A program made the translations under genes and the position numbers. A DNA stretch of 64,000 nucleotides, from the NCBI GenBank assembly GCA_046297455.1, contig JBKBIT010000011.1, positions 33,913 through 97,912 of the forward strand, in the 5' to 3' direction. Within the stretch, counting starts at the first letter, position 1. The number at the start of each line of letters is the position of its first letter. Under the pieces are notes generated by a model. It saw nothing but the letters and a program-made list of their open reading frames with translations, was not told where the DNA came from and ran no database searches. The DNA is from Aliihoeflea sp. GTDB taxonomy: Bacteria > Pseudomonadota > Alphaproteobacteria > Rhizobiales > Rhizobiaceae. Below are positions 39,538-50,047 of the stretch, piece by piece.

Positions 39538-40244
39538 TGACTCGCTCGCTGACCACCATCGGCTTCGACGCCGACGACACGCTCTGGCAGAACGAGCAGT
39601 TCTTCCGCCTCACCCAGGAGCGGTTTCAGGGCCTGCTGGCCGATCACGCCGAGCCCGACCATATCTCCGAGCGCCTGCTGGAAGCCGAAAAACGCAACCT
39701 CGGCAAATACGGGTTCGGCATCAAGGGCTTCACCCTCTCGATGATCGAGACCGCCATCGAGATTACCGAAGACCGCGTGCCCGCCGCCGTCATCAGGCAG
39801 ATACTGGATGCCGGCCGCGAAATGCTCGACCACCCGGTCGAAACCCTGCCCCATGTGCACGACACGCTGGAGCGCCTGACTGGCCGCTACACGATCGTGC
39901 TGGTCACCAAGGGCGATCTGTTCGACCAGGAGCGCAAGCTCGCCGCCTCGGGCCTCGGCGACTTCTTCGATGCCGTCGAGATCGTCAGCGACAAGCACCG
40001 CGCTACCTATGAGCGCGTCTTTGCCCGCCATGGCGACGGTGCGGAACGCGCCATGATGGTCGGCAACTCGCTCAAGTCGGATGTCGTGCCGGCAATCGAG
40101 GCCGGCGGATGGGGGGTCTTCGTCCCCCACGAACTGACCTGGGTTCTGGAACATGTCGAACCGCCGCACGCAGATCCCCGCTTCCGCGAAATTCCAGATC
40201 TTGGAAAGCTCGAGGGCCTGATCGCAGCCATTGAGGCGAGCTGA
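39537..40244 (+). CDS. HAD superfamily hydrolase
   Basis: FDADDTLW, TKGD, GNSLKSD. Confidence 0.9.
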   Translation: MTRSLTTIGFDADDTLWQNEQFFRLTQERFQGLLADHAEPDHISERLLEAEKRNLGKYGFGIKGFTLSMIETAIEITEDRVPAAVIRQILDAGREMLDHPVETLPHVHDTLERLTGRYTIVLVTKGDLFDQERKLAASGLGDFFDAVEIVSDKHRATYERVFARHGDGAERAMMVGNSLKSDVVPAIEAGGWGVFVPHELTWVLEHVEPPHADPRFREIPDLGKLEGLIAAIEAS

Positions 40245-40249
40245 AAACG

Positions 40250-40699
40250 CTAGGCCTTCTTGTGCCAGCGCCGGTCGGGTCCCTGCTGCCAGTATGTCAC
40301 TTCGTGACCGGCTGATTTGAGCGCGGTCCAGTGCCCCCGGGCAGCGGAAAGCTGCGCTTCGTGATGTCCATCGAACATGATCACCCCGCGATCGTAGCCG
40401 GAAAGATCCGGTGGCTCCGCACCTTCAACGACGAAGCGCACTTGAGCGTGGTTGGCATTGCCCGGCCCCGTCGTCAGCAGCACCGGCTGCTCGCCCGCAT
40501 GCGGCTCGCCGTCGGTGCCGTGGGCGAGAAACGAATCGTCGCGATAGGTCCACAGCTGCGCGTCAAGCGCGTCGCGGCGCTCCTCGCTACGTGTCTGAAC
40601 CGCGGCGCGCCAGCCGCGTTCGAGGCTCTTTTCGAGAAGCGCCGGCAGCGCCTCCTCCAGCGTCGACTCCGTGAGGTGGTAGAAGAGCACCTCGGTCAT
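40250..40699 (-). CDS. holC: DNA polymerase III subunit chi
   Basis: VLFYHL, LDAQLWTYRDDSFLAHG; downstream of pepA. Confidence 0.93.
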   Translation of the reverse strand: MTEVLFYHLTESTLEEALPALLEKSLERGWRAAVQTRSEERRDALDAQLWTYRDDSFLAHGTDGEPHAGEQPVLLTTGPGNANHAQVRFVVEGAEPPDLSGYDRGVIMFDGHHEAQLSAARGHWTALKSAGHEVTYWQQGPDRRWHKKA

Positions 40700-40706
40700 G
40701 ACACGC

Positions 40707-42206
40707 CTATGTCTCGTAGTTCTCGCTCACCAGCCGGTCGAGCAGCCGGACCCCGAAGCCCGAGGCCCAGGACTGGTTGATCTCACTCGATGGCGAGGCC
40801 ATGCCGGTACCGGCAATGTCCAGATGCGCCCAGGGCGTGTCCTTGACGAACCGCTTGAGGAACTGGGCGGCGGTGATCGAGCCGGCATGGCGTCCGCCGA
40901 CATTCTTCATGTCGGCATTCTTGCAATCGATCATCTTGTCGTATTCCGGTCCCAGCGGCAGCCGCCACAGCTTCTCGCCGGTCGACAGCCCGGCCGAAAG
41001 AAGCTTCTCCGACAGATCGTCGTCGTTGGAGAACAGCCCGGCATGGACATTGCCGAGCGCCACTAGAACCGCGCCCGTCAGCGTAGCAAGGTCGATCATG
41101 AATTGCGGCTTGAAGCGCTCGTTGCAGTACCAGAGCGCATCGGCCAGCACGAGCCGGCCCTCGGCATCGGTGTTGATCACCTCGATCGTCTGGCCCGACA
41201 TGGAGGTCACGATGTCGCCAGGTCGCTGTGCCGTTCCGTCGAGCATGTTCTCGACCAGCCCGATAATGCCGACCACGTTGGCCTTGGCCTTGCGCGCTGC
41301 CAGCGCGTGCATCAGACCCGTCACGGCAGCAGCACCGGCCATGTCGCCCTTCATGTCCTCCATGCTGGCGGCGGGCTTGATCGAGATGCCGCCGGAATCG
41401 AACACCACCCCCTTGCCGACAAAGGCGACCGGCTTGTCCTTCGCCTTGCCGCCGTTCCATTGCATGACGACCAGCCGCGGCGGGCGCGCCGAACCCTGGG
41501 CGACGCCGAGCAGCGCGCCCATGTCGAGCTTTTTCATTTCCTTCTCGGTCAGGATCTCGACCTTGACGCCCAGGCTCTCCAGTTCGGCTGCCTTTTCGGC
41601 AAACTCGACCGGTCCGAGCACATTGGCTGGCTCATTGACCAGATCGCGCGCCAGCAGGACGCCCTCGCCAACCCCGGACAGGCTCTCGAAGGCGCGTTTG
41701 GCAGCCGCCGGCTCGGAACACATGATCGTGATCTTGGCCGGTTTGGTCTCCGGCTTCTTGCCGTCGCCATCGCCGTTCTTCTTGGTCTTGTATTTGTCGA
41801 AGGCATAGGACCGCAGGAGCATGCCCAGGGCGACATTGGCGACGTCCTCTCCACCTGCTTGCTTGCCGGCAACGTCAAGCACCAGCGTTACCGAAGAAGC
41901 CTTCTTCGCGGCGGCGAATGCCGAGCCGCCGATCCGGCGCCATCCATCCTCGTCGAGATCAGCGGTCTTGCCGGCGCCGATCGCCACCAGCCGGTCATAT
42001 TCCGTGCCGGTAGGCGCCAGAACCTCCATTGAGGAAGCCAGGCTTCCCTTGAATTCGGCCACCTTGCCGGCGCGCTCCAGGACAGAAGCGGGATCGCATG
42101 CCTTGGCGGCCTCGGACAGGCCATCAGTATCCGCCGACAGCACGATCACGGTCCCCTTCGAGGGCTTTCCGATCTTGGTGAAACCGATGGACGGGCGCTG
42201 GGTCAT
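40707..42206 (-). CDS. pepA: Leucyl aminopeptidase (M17)
   Basis: [38 protein letters not shown]. Confidence 0.96.
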   Translation of the reverse strand: MTQRPSIGFTKIGKPSKGTVIVLSADTDGLSEAAKACDPASVLERAGKVAEFKGSLASSMEVLAPTGTEYDRLVAIGAGKTADLDEDGWRRIGGSAFAAAKKASSVTLVLDVAGKQAGGEDVANVALGMLLRSYAFDKYKTKKNGDGDGKKPETKPAKITIMCSEPAAAKRAFESLSGVGEGVLLARDLVNEPANVLGPVEFAEKAAELESLGVKVEILTEKEMKKLDMGALLGVAQGSARPPRLVVMQWNGGKAKDKPVAFVGKGVVFDSGGISIKPAASMEDMKGDMAGAAAVTGLMHALAARKAKANVVGIIGLVENMLDGTAQRPGDIVTSMSGQTIEVINTDAEGRLVLADALWYCNERFKPQFMIDLATLTGAVLVALGNVHAGLFSNDDDLSEKLLSAGLSTGEKLWRLPLGPEYDKMIDCKNADMKNVGGRHAGSITAAQFLKRFVKDTPWAHLDIAGTGMASPSSEINQSWASGFGVRLLDRLVSENYET

Positions 42207-42434
42207 GAGTTCTCCGGCTTGATGATGGTCGGCTCCACCCGAAACAGGCGTCGCGCTGGTGATGCACCGGCATAGCCTTTTCCGTCGGTCGCCTCAACCG
42301 CGAGGTCTCCCCACAGGCTGCGTTTCGGCAGCAATGCGCGCCGACGTCTTTCGGACGTCACCGAAGCCGTGTATCCAAGGGTCGAATCTGCGCCACCCGG
42401 CGCCCGCCATTCCCGTGGGAGCAGTGCCGACCAT

Positions 42435-43241
42435 ATGGTCGAACAAACCAACCCGGACACCATGTCGTCAAAACAATCCTTGTCTCGGGAAGGCTATCTG
42501 TCGCCTTTCTCAGATACGCGGGTGATGCTGGCCTTCGCGCTGGCTGCCTTATGTGCGTTGGTCTTCTTCAACAGGTTTCCGCAAATCGACATCTGGGTGA
42601 GCCAGCTGTTTTTCGCCCCGGCCGACTGTCCGCCGGAACAGGCCGGCGCCGTGTGCGGCAATTTTCCTGCAGCACTTGATCCCATTCTCGTGGCGATCCG
42701 CGACGTCCTTCATTACACCCCCGTGGTCATCGGGATCGCGCTGATCGGGGCCGCGCTCGCAGCGGCACAATCGTCGGAGCCGCGACTGCGCATGTTTGCG
42801 AAGGGCGCCTGGACGGCAATCGCCACCCTGCTTCTCTCCGGGCTGTTGCTGGTCAACGTCGTTCTCAAGGAGGTCAGCGGCCGCCCCCGTCCCGTCGACA
42901 CGGATCTGTTTGGCGGCGACTTCCCTTTCGTTGAGGCAGGACGCTTCGTCGATTACTGCCAGACAAACTGTTCCTTCGTCTCCGGCGAGGCTGCTACTGC
43001 CATGTGGCTCGTCTGTCTCGTCGCGCTGGTGCCGCCTGGGTTTCGTCGGATTGCATTGGCCATAACACTGCCGGTGGCCGTTCTGGCCATTGGCCTTAGA
43101 ATTGCCTTTGGCGGTCACTACCTCTCGGACACCGTGATCGCGGCCCTTTTGACGATGACGGTTTTCGCCGCTTTGGCGACTATCGGCCGTCGTGCGGGAT
43201 GGTACGAGACGAGGGCCAGACCGGGACGGAAAAGCAACTGA
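42435..43241 (+). CDS. PAP2 family phosphatase (LpxF-like candidate lipid A phosphatase)
   Basis: KEVSGRPRP, CQTNCSFVSGE, RIAFGGHYLSD; start uncertain. Confidence 0.8.
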   Translation: MVEQTNPDTMSSKQSLSREGYLSPFSDTRVMLAFALAALCALVFFNRFPQIDIWVSQLFFAPADCPPEQAGAVCGNFPAALDPILVAIRDVLHYTPVVIGIALIGAALAAAQSSEPRLRMFAKGAWTAIATLLLSGLLLVNVVLKEVSGRPRPVDTDLFGGDFPFVEAGRFVDYCQTNCSFVSGEAATAMWLVCLVALVPPGFRRIALAITLPVAVLAIGLRIAFGGHYLSDTVIAALLTMTVFAALATIGRRAGWYETRARPGRKSN

Positions 43242-43377
43242 TCGTTAACCCTGCCAATAGGTCGAATTCTTCTTAATTTGTCGCTACCGTCCTCCCGGGA
43301 AACAATGCCGGGAGCGGGCGCCGAGGACACGAGCTGGCCTTTGGGCCACCGAGGAAACGAGGGATAACCGACAGCGT

Positions 43378-44577
43378 ATGCCTGTTGCCGAGAGGTACAT
43401 ACTGCGCCATCTGGTGGTGACGACCTGCATTTCGCTGGGCGTTATCCTTGGCCTCGTGATCATCTCGCAGCTGATGATCTTCCTTCAGGTCGTCACCAAT
43501 TCCAGCGACGCCCTTGCCACGATGATGGCGATGGTCGCCTTCATGACGCCCTCGCTGGCTACCGTCGTGATCCCTTTCGCGCTGCTGATCGCGATCTGCC
43601 ACACCTTCAACCGCATGCACTCGGATTCCGAGATCATCGTCCTGGAGGCAGCGGGTGCGCCGCGGTCTCTCCAGAGCCGTCCGGTCCTATTGCTGGCGGG
43701 CTTCCTGTCGGCCTTGATGCTGTTCAACTCGCTGGTCGTCGAGCCAGCCTCAAGCCGGAAGATGCGCGACCTGATATACAGTTCGGCATCCAACATCATC
43801 AGCCTGGCGATCACCTCCGGTTCCTTCCATAGGGTCCAGCAAGACCTCTACATCCAGTTTGCCGGCCAACATCCCGAAGGCGGCTTCGAGGGCATGTTCA
43901 TCGCCGACATGCGCGAGCCTCAGAGCGAGTTCATCTATTACGCAAGCCGCGGGCGCGTCGTCAGCCAGGGCGACGCCGAACTCCTGGTCATGTCCAACGG
44001 CGAAATCCAGCGGCGCAACGCCAGGACCGGCGAAGTCTCGACTGTCGCCTTTGCCACCTACGCGCTCGACCTGGCGGATTTTTCCCCCTCTCGCGGAGCG
44101 CCGAACTACCAGGCTAAGGAACGCTCCACCGCCGAAATCCTCAATCCGGACCCGGATGATCGGGTCTATCAGCTCTACCCGCACCAGTTCCGGGGCGAAT
44201 TGCATCGCCGATTGTCGGACTGGCTCTACCCGATCGCCTTCGCAATGACGGGATTGTTCTTTTCGGTGGGCGCCCGTTCGACACGCGAGGAGCAGATCTG
44301 GGGGCTCACCGCAGCCGTTGGTGTGGCGATCGCCTTCCGCGGCGGCGCGTTCCTGTTTGCCAATGATGCCGGACGAACGTGGCTGGCCACGGTCATGACC
44401 TATGCCCTGCCCTTGTCGTGCATCTTCATCTTCGGCGGCATGCTCATGGGCGGTCGACGCGCCCGCATCTCGCAGCGCTGGCTGGACCAGATCGCGCAGG
44501 TCACGGACCGTATTCAGAGCATCAGGGAAAAGGGTCTGTCGGCTGGGTTCCGTGGCGCCGGAAAGGCGGCAAGATGA
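43378..44577 (+). CDS. lptF: LPS export ABC transporter permease LptF
   Basis: ERYILR, DSEIIVLEAAG, ELHRRL; YjgP/YjgQ architecture; divergent from pepA. Confidence 0.88.
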   Translation: MPVAERYILRHLVVTTCISLGVILGLVIISQLMIFLQVVTNSSDALATMMAMVAFMTPSLATVVIPFALLIAICHTFNRMHSDSEIIVLEAAGAPRSLQSRPVLLLAGFLSALMLFNSLVVEPASSRKMRDLIYSSASNIISLAITSGSFHRVQQDLYIQFAGQHPEGGFEGMFIADMREPQSEFIYYASRGRVVSQGDAELLVMSNGEIQRRNARTGEVSTVAFATYALDLADFSPSRGAPNYQAKERSTAEILNPDPDDRVYQLYPHQFRGELHRRLSDWLYPIAFAMTGLFFSVGARSTREEQIWGLTAAVGVAIAFRGGAFLFANDAGRTWLATVMTYALPLSCIFIFGGMLMGGRRARISQRWLDQIAQVTDRIQSIREKGLSAGFRGAGKAAR

Positions 44578-45665
44578 TCGCCGGCGCGACGCTTTCCTCC
44601 TATTTCGCGCGCCGCTATCTGGCCACGACGCTTCAGTTTTTCGTCGGCGTGGCGGTGATCATCTTCCTGGCCGATTTCACCGAGCTTACGAGGCGGGCAT
44701 CCGCCCATCCCAGCTATACGGTGATGCTGGGCATGATCGTGTCCGCATTGCGCCTGCCGCTCATTCTCCAGATGGCGATGCCCTTCGTCATCCTGCTCGT
44801 CTCGATGACCACGCTGATGGCGCTCAACCGCAAATACGAGCTGGTCGTCACTCGCGCTGCCGGCGTTTCTGCATGGCAGTTCCTGGCACCGCTCTGCATT
44901 GTCAGCCTGCTCCTGGGCGTCATGTCGACGGTCGCCCTCAATCCGATTGCGGCCCGCGCACTGGCAAGCGCGCAGGAGATCGAGGCTACGTTGATGGGCA
45001 GCGGTGCCGCCCGCCCCGCCATGAGCCAGGTACCATGGCTGAGGCAAAGCACCGACGAGGGCGCCACCATCATCGGCGCCGCCCACTCCGCGCGAGAGGG
45101 CCAGTTGCTCTCGGAAGTCACCTTTATCCGGCTTCACGAAAACGGCACCGTGCGCGAACGAATCGACGCGCGACAGGCCGAGCTGGTTCCAGGCGCGTGG
45201 GAAATTCGCGATGCCATCGTGATGCGACGTGGCAACACGCCGGAGCAGATCGAGAGCATGCGGCTCAAGTCCAATCTCGATCCGGTTTTCCTCGAGGAAC
45301 GCTTCACCCCGCCCGAGACCGTTTCCGTCTATGACCTGCCGCACAAGATTGCCGCCGCCCGATCCTTCGGATTGAGCGGCAACGCCTTTGCCACGCAGTT
45401 CCATTCGCTGGTTGCCCTGCCATTCCAGCTGATGGCGATGACCTTGATTGCCGCGACGGTCACCATGCGTTTCACCCGCATGGGGCAACCCATTTCAATC
45501 ATTGTGGGTGGCATCGTCACCGGCTTTCTGCTTTATGTCGTCACCGCCGTGATGCGGGCGTTCGGCAGCGCCGGTATTGTGCCGCCCATGGCAGCGGCAT
45601 GGTTCCCGGTCCTTCTGGCGGGGCTTTATGGAGTGACGTTCCTTTTGTACAAGGAGGACGGTTAG
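44574..45665 (+). CDS. lptG: LPS export ABC transporter permease LptG
   Basis: LNRKYELVVTRAAGVSAWQFLAP; C-terminal AAWFP...LLYKEDG. Confidence 0.92.
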   Translation: MIAGATLSSYFARRYLATTLQFFVGVAVIIFLADFTELTRRASAHPSYTVMLGMIVSALRLPLILQMAMPFVILLVSMTTLMALNRKYELVVTRAAGVSAWQFLAPLCIVSLLLGVMSTVALNPIAARALASAQEIEATLMGSGAARPAMSQVPWLRQSTDEGATIIGAAHSAREGQLLSEVTFIRLHENGTVRERIDARQAELVPGAWEIRDAIVMRRGNTPEQIESMRLKSNLDPVFLEERFTPPETVSVYDLPHKIAAARSFGLSGNAFATQFHSLVALPFQLMAMTLIAATVTMRFTRMGQPISIIVGGIVTGFLLYVVTAVMRAFGSAGIVPPMAAAWFPVLLAGLYGVTFLLYKEDG

Positions 45666-48049
45666 TGGGGACGGGAATGGGACGCGCCAGCAGTCGTGCG
45701 CGTAAGGCGCTCTTGGCAAGCGTCGCGGTGCTTGCTTGCGCCGCGGCCATGGATGCCGTCCATGCGCCCGTCTATGCCCAGCAATTGGACACCACGATCC
45801 GCGCGACTCCCGGCGCACAGATGCTGCTGGAGGCGGACAATCTCGTCTACGACAACGACCGCAACACGGTGAGCGCTGTCGGCGGCGTACAGATCGATTA
45901 TGATGGTTATCGGCTGGTCGCCAATCGCGTTACCTATGATCGCAACAGCGGTCGGCTCATCGCCTCCGAAGGCGTCGAGATCGTGGATCGCGACGGTAAC
46001 CGCATCCAGTCGCAGCAGATCGACATCACCGAGGATTTTCGCGACGGTTTCGTTCAGGCGCTTCGTGTCGAATCGGCCGATCGGACCTATTTCGCCGCCG
46101 AAAGCGCAGAACGGCGCGACGGCGAAGTGACGACCTTCCAGCGCGGCATCTACACCGCTTGCGAACCCTGCGTCGAACAGCCCGACAAGCCGCCGACCTG
46201 GCGCATCGGCGCCCGGCAGATCATCTGGAATGGGCGCACCCGCACCATACGGTTCGAAGGGGCCCGGTTCGAGTTCTTCGGGTATCCGATCGCCTTCCTG
46301 CCGTTCTTCGAGATTCCCGATCCGACGGTCAAGCAGAAGTCCGGCTTCCTGTCGGGCTCCATCGGCTACTCGTCCAATCTCGGGTTCAGCACCACCGTTC
46401 CGTATTATTTCGCGCTCTCGCCCACCTATGACCTGACGGTGCGGGGAACCTACTACACGCGGCAGGGCTTTCTCGGCGAAGCCGAATGGCGGCAGCAATT
46501 CGAAACCGGCGGCTACAATCTGCGCGTCGCCGGCATCTGGCAACAGCAGCCTGGCGCTTTCGGCAATCCGGGCGTCAACATCGATTCCAGCGTGCGCGGC
46601 CGTGGCATGATCTCGTCCACGGGCCACTTCAACATCAATCCGCGCTGGTCGTTCGGCTGGGATGTGATGGCCCAGAGCGACAAGAATTTTGCCCGCACCT
46701 ATGGGCTGGAGGGCAACAATGCTCTCGTGCGCACCTCGCAGATCTATCTGACAGGGCTCAACGACCGGAACTGGTTCGACCTGCGGGCACAGCATTTCCA
46801 GGTTCAGGAGAACCTTCTCGACAGCAACGCCGCCTCGCGCAACACGCGCCAGCCCTGGGTACTCCCTTCCTTCGACTATCGCGTCGTTGCCGACCGGCCC
46901 GTGGGCGGCGGCGAGCTGTCCTTCACGGTCAACGCGCAGAACCTCTCGCGCAACACGCTAGACAGCTCCAATCTCGATCAAACCAACCCGACCACCAATT
47001 TGCGCGGCCTTGACGGCCAGTCGGGGCGCTTCACCGCCGAGGCGGAATGGAAGCGTAATATCATCACGCCCGGCGGTGTCGTGATCACGCCGCTGCTGCA
47101 TGCCCGCGGCGACACGGTCTATACCAATTACGGACAGGCTTCCCTCAACGCCATCGCAGGTCTGCCCGGAGGCCCCGCTACCGACATCCGCTCCAACTAC
47201 TTCCGCTACATGGCCACTGCCGGGCTGGAAGCGCGCTGGCCGCTCTTGTTCGCCACCGCCGGCACCAGCCATGTATTCGAGCCGATCGGCCAGCTCTTCA
47301 TTCGGCCGGACGCTCCTTTCGGCAGCACGCTCGGCATCCCCAACGAGGACGCCCAGAGCCTGGTCTTCGATGCCACCAGCCTGTTCGAGCGCGACAAGTT
47401 CTCCGGCTATGACCGGATCGAAGGTGGCACGCGCGCCAATCTCGGGTTCAGATATTCCGGAGATCTCGGCGGCGGCTGGACCACCAACGCGATCTTCGGC
47501 CAATCCTTCCATCTCGCCGGTCGCAACCCCTACACCGATCCCGACTTCGTCAACGTAGGCGCCGCCTCCGGCCTGCAGACGGCCCGCTCCGACTATGTCG
47601 GCCAGATCGGCCTGCGCACACCGGTTGGTCTCTACCTGTCCGCCGGCGCCCGCTTCGATCAGGCCAATTTCCAGCCCCGCCGCGCCGATGTCAGCGCCAG
47701 CTACGCCACCCCGCTGCTGTCGCTTTCGACCCGCTATTCCTACATCGCGGCGCAGCCTGCCTACGGCTTCACCTCCGACCGCCAGGAAGTTCGGGTCGCC
47801 GGTTCGCTGCAGTTTGCCGAGCATTGGCGCGCGCTTACTTCTGCCACCTACGACTTCGAGAGCCGCACGGTGGTCAACCGGTCGATCGGCCTCGTCTATG
47901 ACGATCAGGAATGTTTCCTGGTCTCGTTCAGCTATACCGAACGCCAGCCGACCGCGGCCTCCTCGGTCTCGCGCAATTTCGGCTTCCGGGTCACGCTGCG
48001 CACCCTCGGCGACTTCGGAACGGATTCGACGACGCTCGGCGCGCTGTGA
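45665..48049 (+). CDS. lptD: LPS-assembly protein LptD
   Basis: LLEADNLVYD, YTACEPC, KQKSGFL, PNEDAQSLVFD, FSGYDRIEGG. Confidence 0.93.
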   Translation: MGTGMGRASSRARKALLASVAVLACAAAMDAVHAPVYAQQLDTTIRATPGAQMLLEADNLVYDNDRNTVSAVGGVQIDYDGYRLVANRVTYDRNSGRLIASEGVEIVDRDGNRIQSQQIDITEDFRDGFVQALRVESADRTYFAAESAERRDGEVTTFQRGIYTACEPCVEQPDKPPTWRIGARQIIWNGRTRTIRFEGARFEFFGYPIAFLPFFEIPDPTVKQKSGFLSGSIGYSSNLGFSTTVPYYFALSPTYDLTVRGTYYTRQGFLGEAEWRQQFETGGYNLRVAGIWQQQPGAFGNPGVNIDSSVRGRGMISSTGHFNINPRWSFGWDVMAQSDKNFARTYGLEGNNALVRTSQIYLTGLNDRNWFDLRAQHFQVQENLLDSNAASRNTRQPWVLPSFDYRVVADRPVGGGELSFTVNAQNLSRNTLDSSNLDQTNPTTNLRGLDGQSGRFTAEAEWKRNIITPGGVVITPLLHARGDTVYTNYGQASLNAIAGLPGGPATDIRSNYFRYMATAGLEARWPLLFATAGTSHVFEPIGQLFIRPDAPFGSTLGIPNEDAQSLVFDATSLFERDKFSGYDRIEGGTRANLGFRYSGDLGGGWTTNAIFGQSFHLAGRNPYTDPDFVNVGAASGLQTARSDYVGQIGLRTPVGLYLSAGARFDQANFQPRRADVSASYATPLLSLSTRYSYIAAQPAYGFTSDRQEVRVAGSLQFAEHWRALTSATYDFESRTVVNRSIGLVYDDQECFLVSFSYTERQPTAASSVSRNFGFRVTLRTLGDFGTDSTTLGAL

Positions 48050-48150
48050 CGTTTGCAGTCTTGTCATGCTTTCGCCCCAGAAGGCCCTGACAATTGCAAC
48101 GATATCGGCTAGCCAGAGGCCAGCACCACGACAGTTGGGAAAGAATTGAG

Positions 48151-49092
48151 ATGAAGAAGGTTGCCAGAAGCCTGTTGTTCGGCACCATGACGCTCGCACT
48201 TGCTGCGGCTTTTGTTCCTGCGGGCATGTCCGGCCCCGCCCACGCCAACGAGATTCGCGTGGTGGTCAACACCGCCCCCATTACCAGCTTCGACATCCAG
48301 CGACGCCAGGCCTTCCTGCGCTTGCAGCAGCAGGGTGCCAGCGCCGAACGCGCCACCAACGAGATGATCGACCAGGTGCTGCGCCTTCAGGAGATGCAGC
48401 GTCTCAATGTCCGCATCAGCGACAGCGAGGTCAACGACGCCTACGCCAACTTCGCGCGCTCGAACAATCTCACCATCGCGCAACTCAACGACATTCTGGC
48501 GCAGTCGGGCGTCACCCGTGAGCATTTCCGCCAGTTCATTCGGACCCAGATGGGTTGGTCACAATTGCTTCAGGCCCGTGCCCAGTACGAGCAGGGAGGC
48601 GGCCAGCTCAGCGAACAGCAGGTAGCCCGCCGCATCATCGAACAGGGCGGGCAGAAGCCTTCCGCAACCGAATACATGCTCCAGCAGGTGATTTTCGTGG
48701 TTCCGGCCGCGGAGCGGAGCGCGCGCCTGGCCCAGCGCCGTCGCGAAGCCGAACAGATGCGCTCGCGTCTTCAAGGTTGCGAAGGCACGCGCGACGCCGC
48801 GCGTGGCATGCTCGACGTGACCGTTCGCGACCTCGGCCGCGTTCTCGAGCCGCAGCTGCCGCCGGACTGGAAGAGCCACATCACGTCGACGCGGCCCGGT
48901 GCAGCGACTGCCCTGCGCGACACCGACCGTGGTGTCGAATTCATCCAGGTTTGCAGCGCGCGGGAGGTCTCCGACGATTTCGTTGCCAGGCTCGTCTTCC
49001 AATCGGAAAGCGCCAGCAGCAGTGGCATGGAAGATATGGCCAACAAGTACCAGGCCGAGTTGCGCGACCGGGCACAGATCACCCGCCGCTAG
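48151..49092 (+). CDS. surA: SurA-like periplasmic chaperone/peptidyl-prolyl isomerase
   Basis: Signal peptide, VVVN..PITSFDI..R, EYMLQQVIFVVP; follows lptD. Confidence 0.82.
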   Translation: MKKVARSLLFGTMTLALAAAFVPAGMSGPAHANEIRVVVNTAPITSFDIQRRQAFLRLQQQGASAERATNEMIDQVLRLQEMQRLNVRISDSEVNDAYANFARSNNLTIAQLNDILAQSGVTREHFRQFIRTQMGWSQLLQARAQYEQGGGQLSEQQVARRIIEQGGQKPSATEYMLQQVIFVVPAAERSARLAQRRREAEQMRSRLQGCEGTRDAARGMLDVTVRDLGRVLEPQLPPDWKSHITSTRPGAATALRDTDRGVEFIQVCSAREVSDDFVARLVFQSESASSSGMEDMANKYQAELRDRAQITRR

Positions 49093-49153
49093 AGCCTTGT
49101 GCGTGCGGGCGGGATCGTCTGCACGCATCACAACGGGATCGGCAGCCCCTGCC

Positions 49154-49984
49154 CTACATCAGGCTGATGAAGAACCTGGCCGAGATCACCAGGCAGAACA
49201 GCCCGAAGGCGATCTCCAGGTGCCGCTTGTCCATCCAGTGGGCAATGCGAACCCCATAGGGCGTCACCAGCAGCGAAATCGGTATCAGCAGCGCGACGAC
49301 GATCCAGTTGATGAAGCCGGTCGAGCCGTTGGGCAGCAGCGGATCGCCCCAGCCAGCCCAGATATAGCCGATGGTACCGGGGATCGCGATCAGCACCCCA
49401 ACGCCGGCCGACGTCGCCACGGCCTGGTGCATCGGGCGGCCGAACAAGGTCATGAAGGTGTTGTTGAGGATGCCGCCGCCAATGCCGATCAGCGTCGAAA
49501 AATAGCCGATCAGGACGCCCACCACGGAGCGGCCGCCAGTTCCCGGCAGGTCGCTGCCCAGCCGCCAGTTCTCGCGGTTGAAGAGCAGCCTCAGCCCGAC
49601 CGCGATCATCACCACCGCGAAGATGCTCCTGAGGCCCGCACTCGAGATGAAGGCGGCGGTCAGCGACGCCAGCACCACCCCGATCGGCACAGGGATCAGG
49701 AAGCTCTTCAGGACACCCATGTCGACCGCGCCGCGCGCCTTGTGCCCAGCAAAGGACCGGATCGATGTCGGCACGATGATCGCCAGCGACGTGCCCACGG
49801 CCAGGTGCATGCGAACGCTGTCGTCGATACCCAGCATGCCGAACACCTGGAAGAAGACCGGCACCAACACCGCCCCGCCGCCGATCCCGAAGATCCCGGC
49901 CAGCAGTCCGGCCACGACGCCAGCAGCGGCCACGGCGGCAATGAACGGCGCAAGTTCGCCGGCAAGTGAGATGATCTGTTCCAT
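49154..49984 (-). CDS. TauE/SafE (sulfite exporter) family membrane protein
   Basis: AGIFGIGGGAVLVP, AVGTSLAII, second GIGGG repeat. Confidence 0.9.
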   Translation of the reverse strand: MEQIISLAGELAPFIAAVAAAGVVAGLLAGIFGIGGGAVLVPVFFQVFGMLGIDDSVRMHLAVGTSLAIIVPTSIRSFAGHKARGAVDMGVLKSFLIPVPIGVVLASLTAAFISSAGLRSIFAVVMIAVGLRLLFNRENWRLGSDLPGTGGRSVVGVLIGYFSTLIGIGGGILNNTFMTLFGRPMHQAVATSAGVGVLIAIPGTIGYIWAGWGDPLLPNGSTGFINWIVVALLIPISLLVTPYGVRIAHWMDKRHLEIAFGLFCLVISARFFISLM

Positions 49985-50047
49985 GATGAGCCGTCTTTCG
50001 GGAGGTCAGGCTCGCTAGCCCAAACGCGCCGCGAAGTAAATCGCCCG

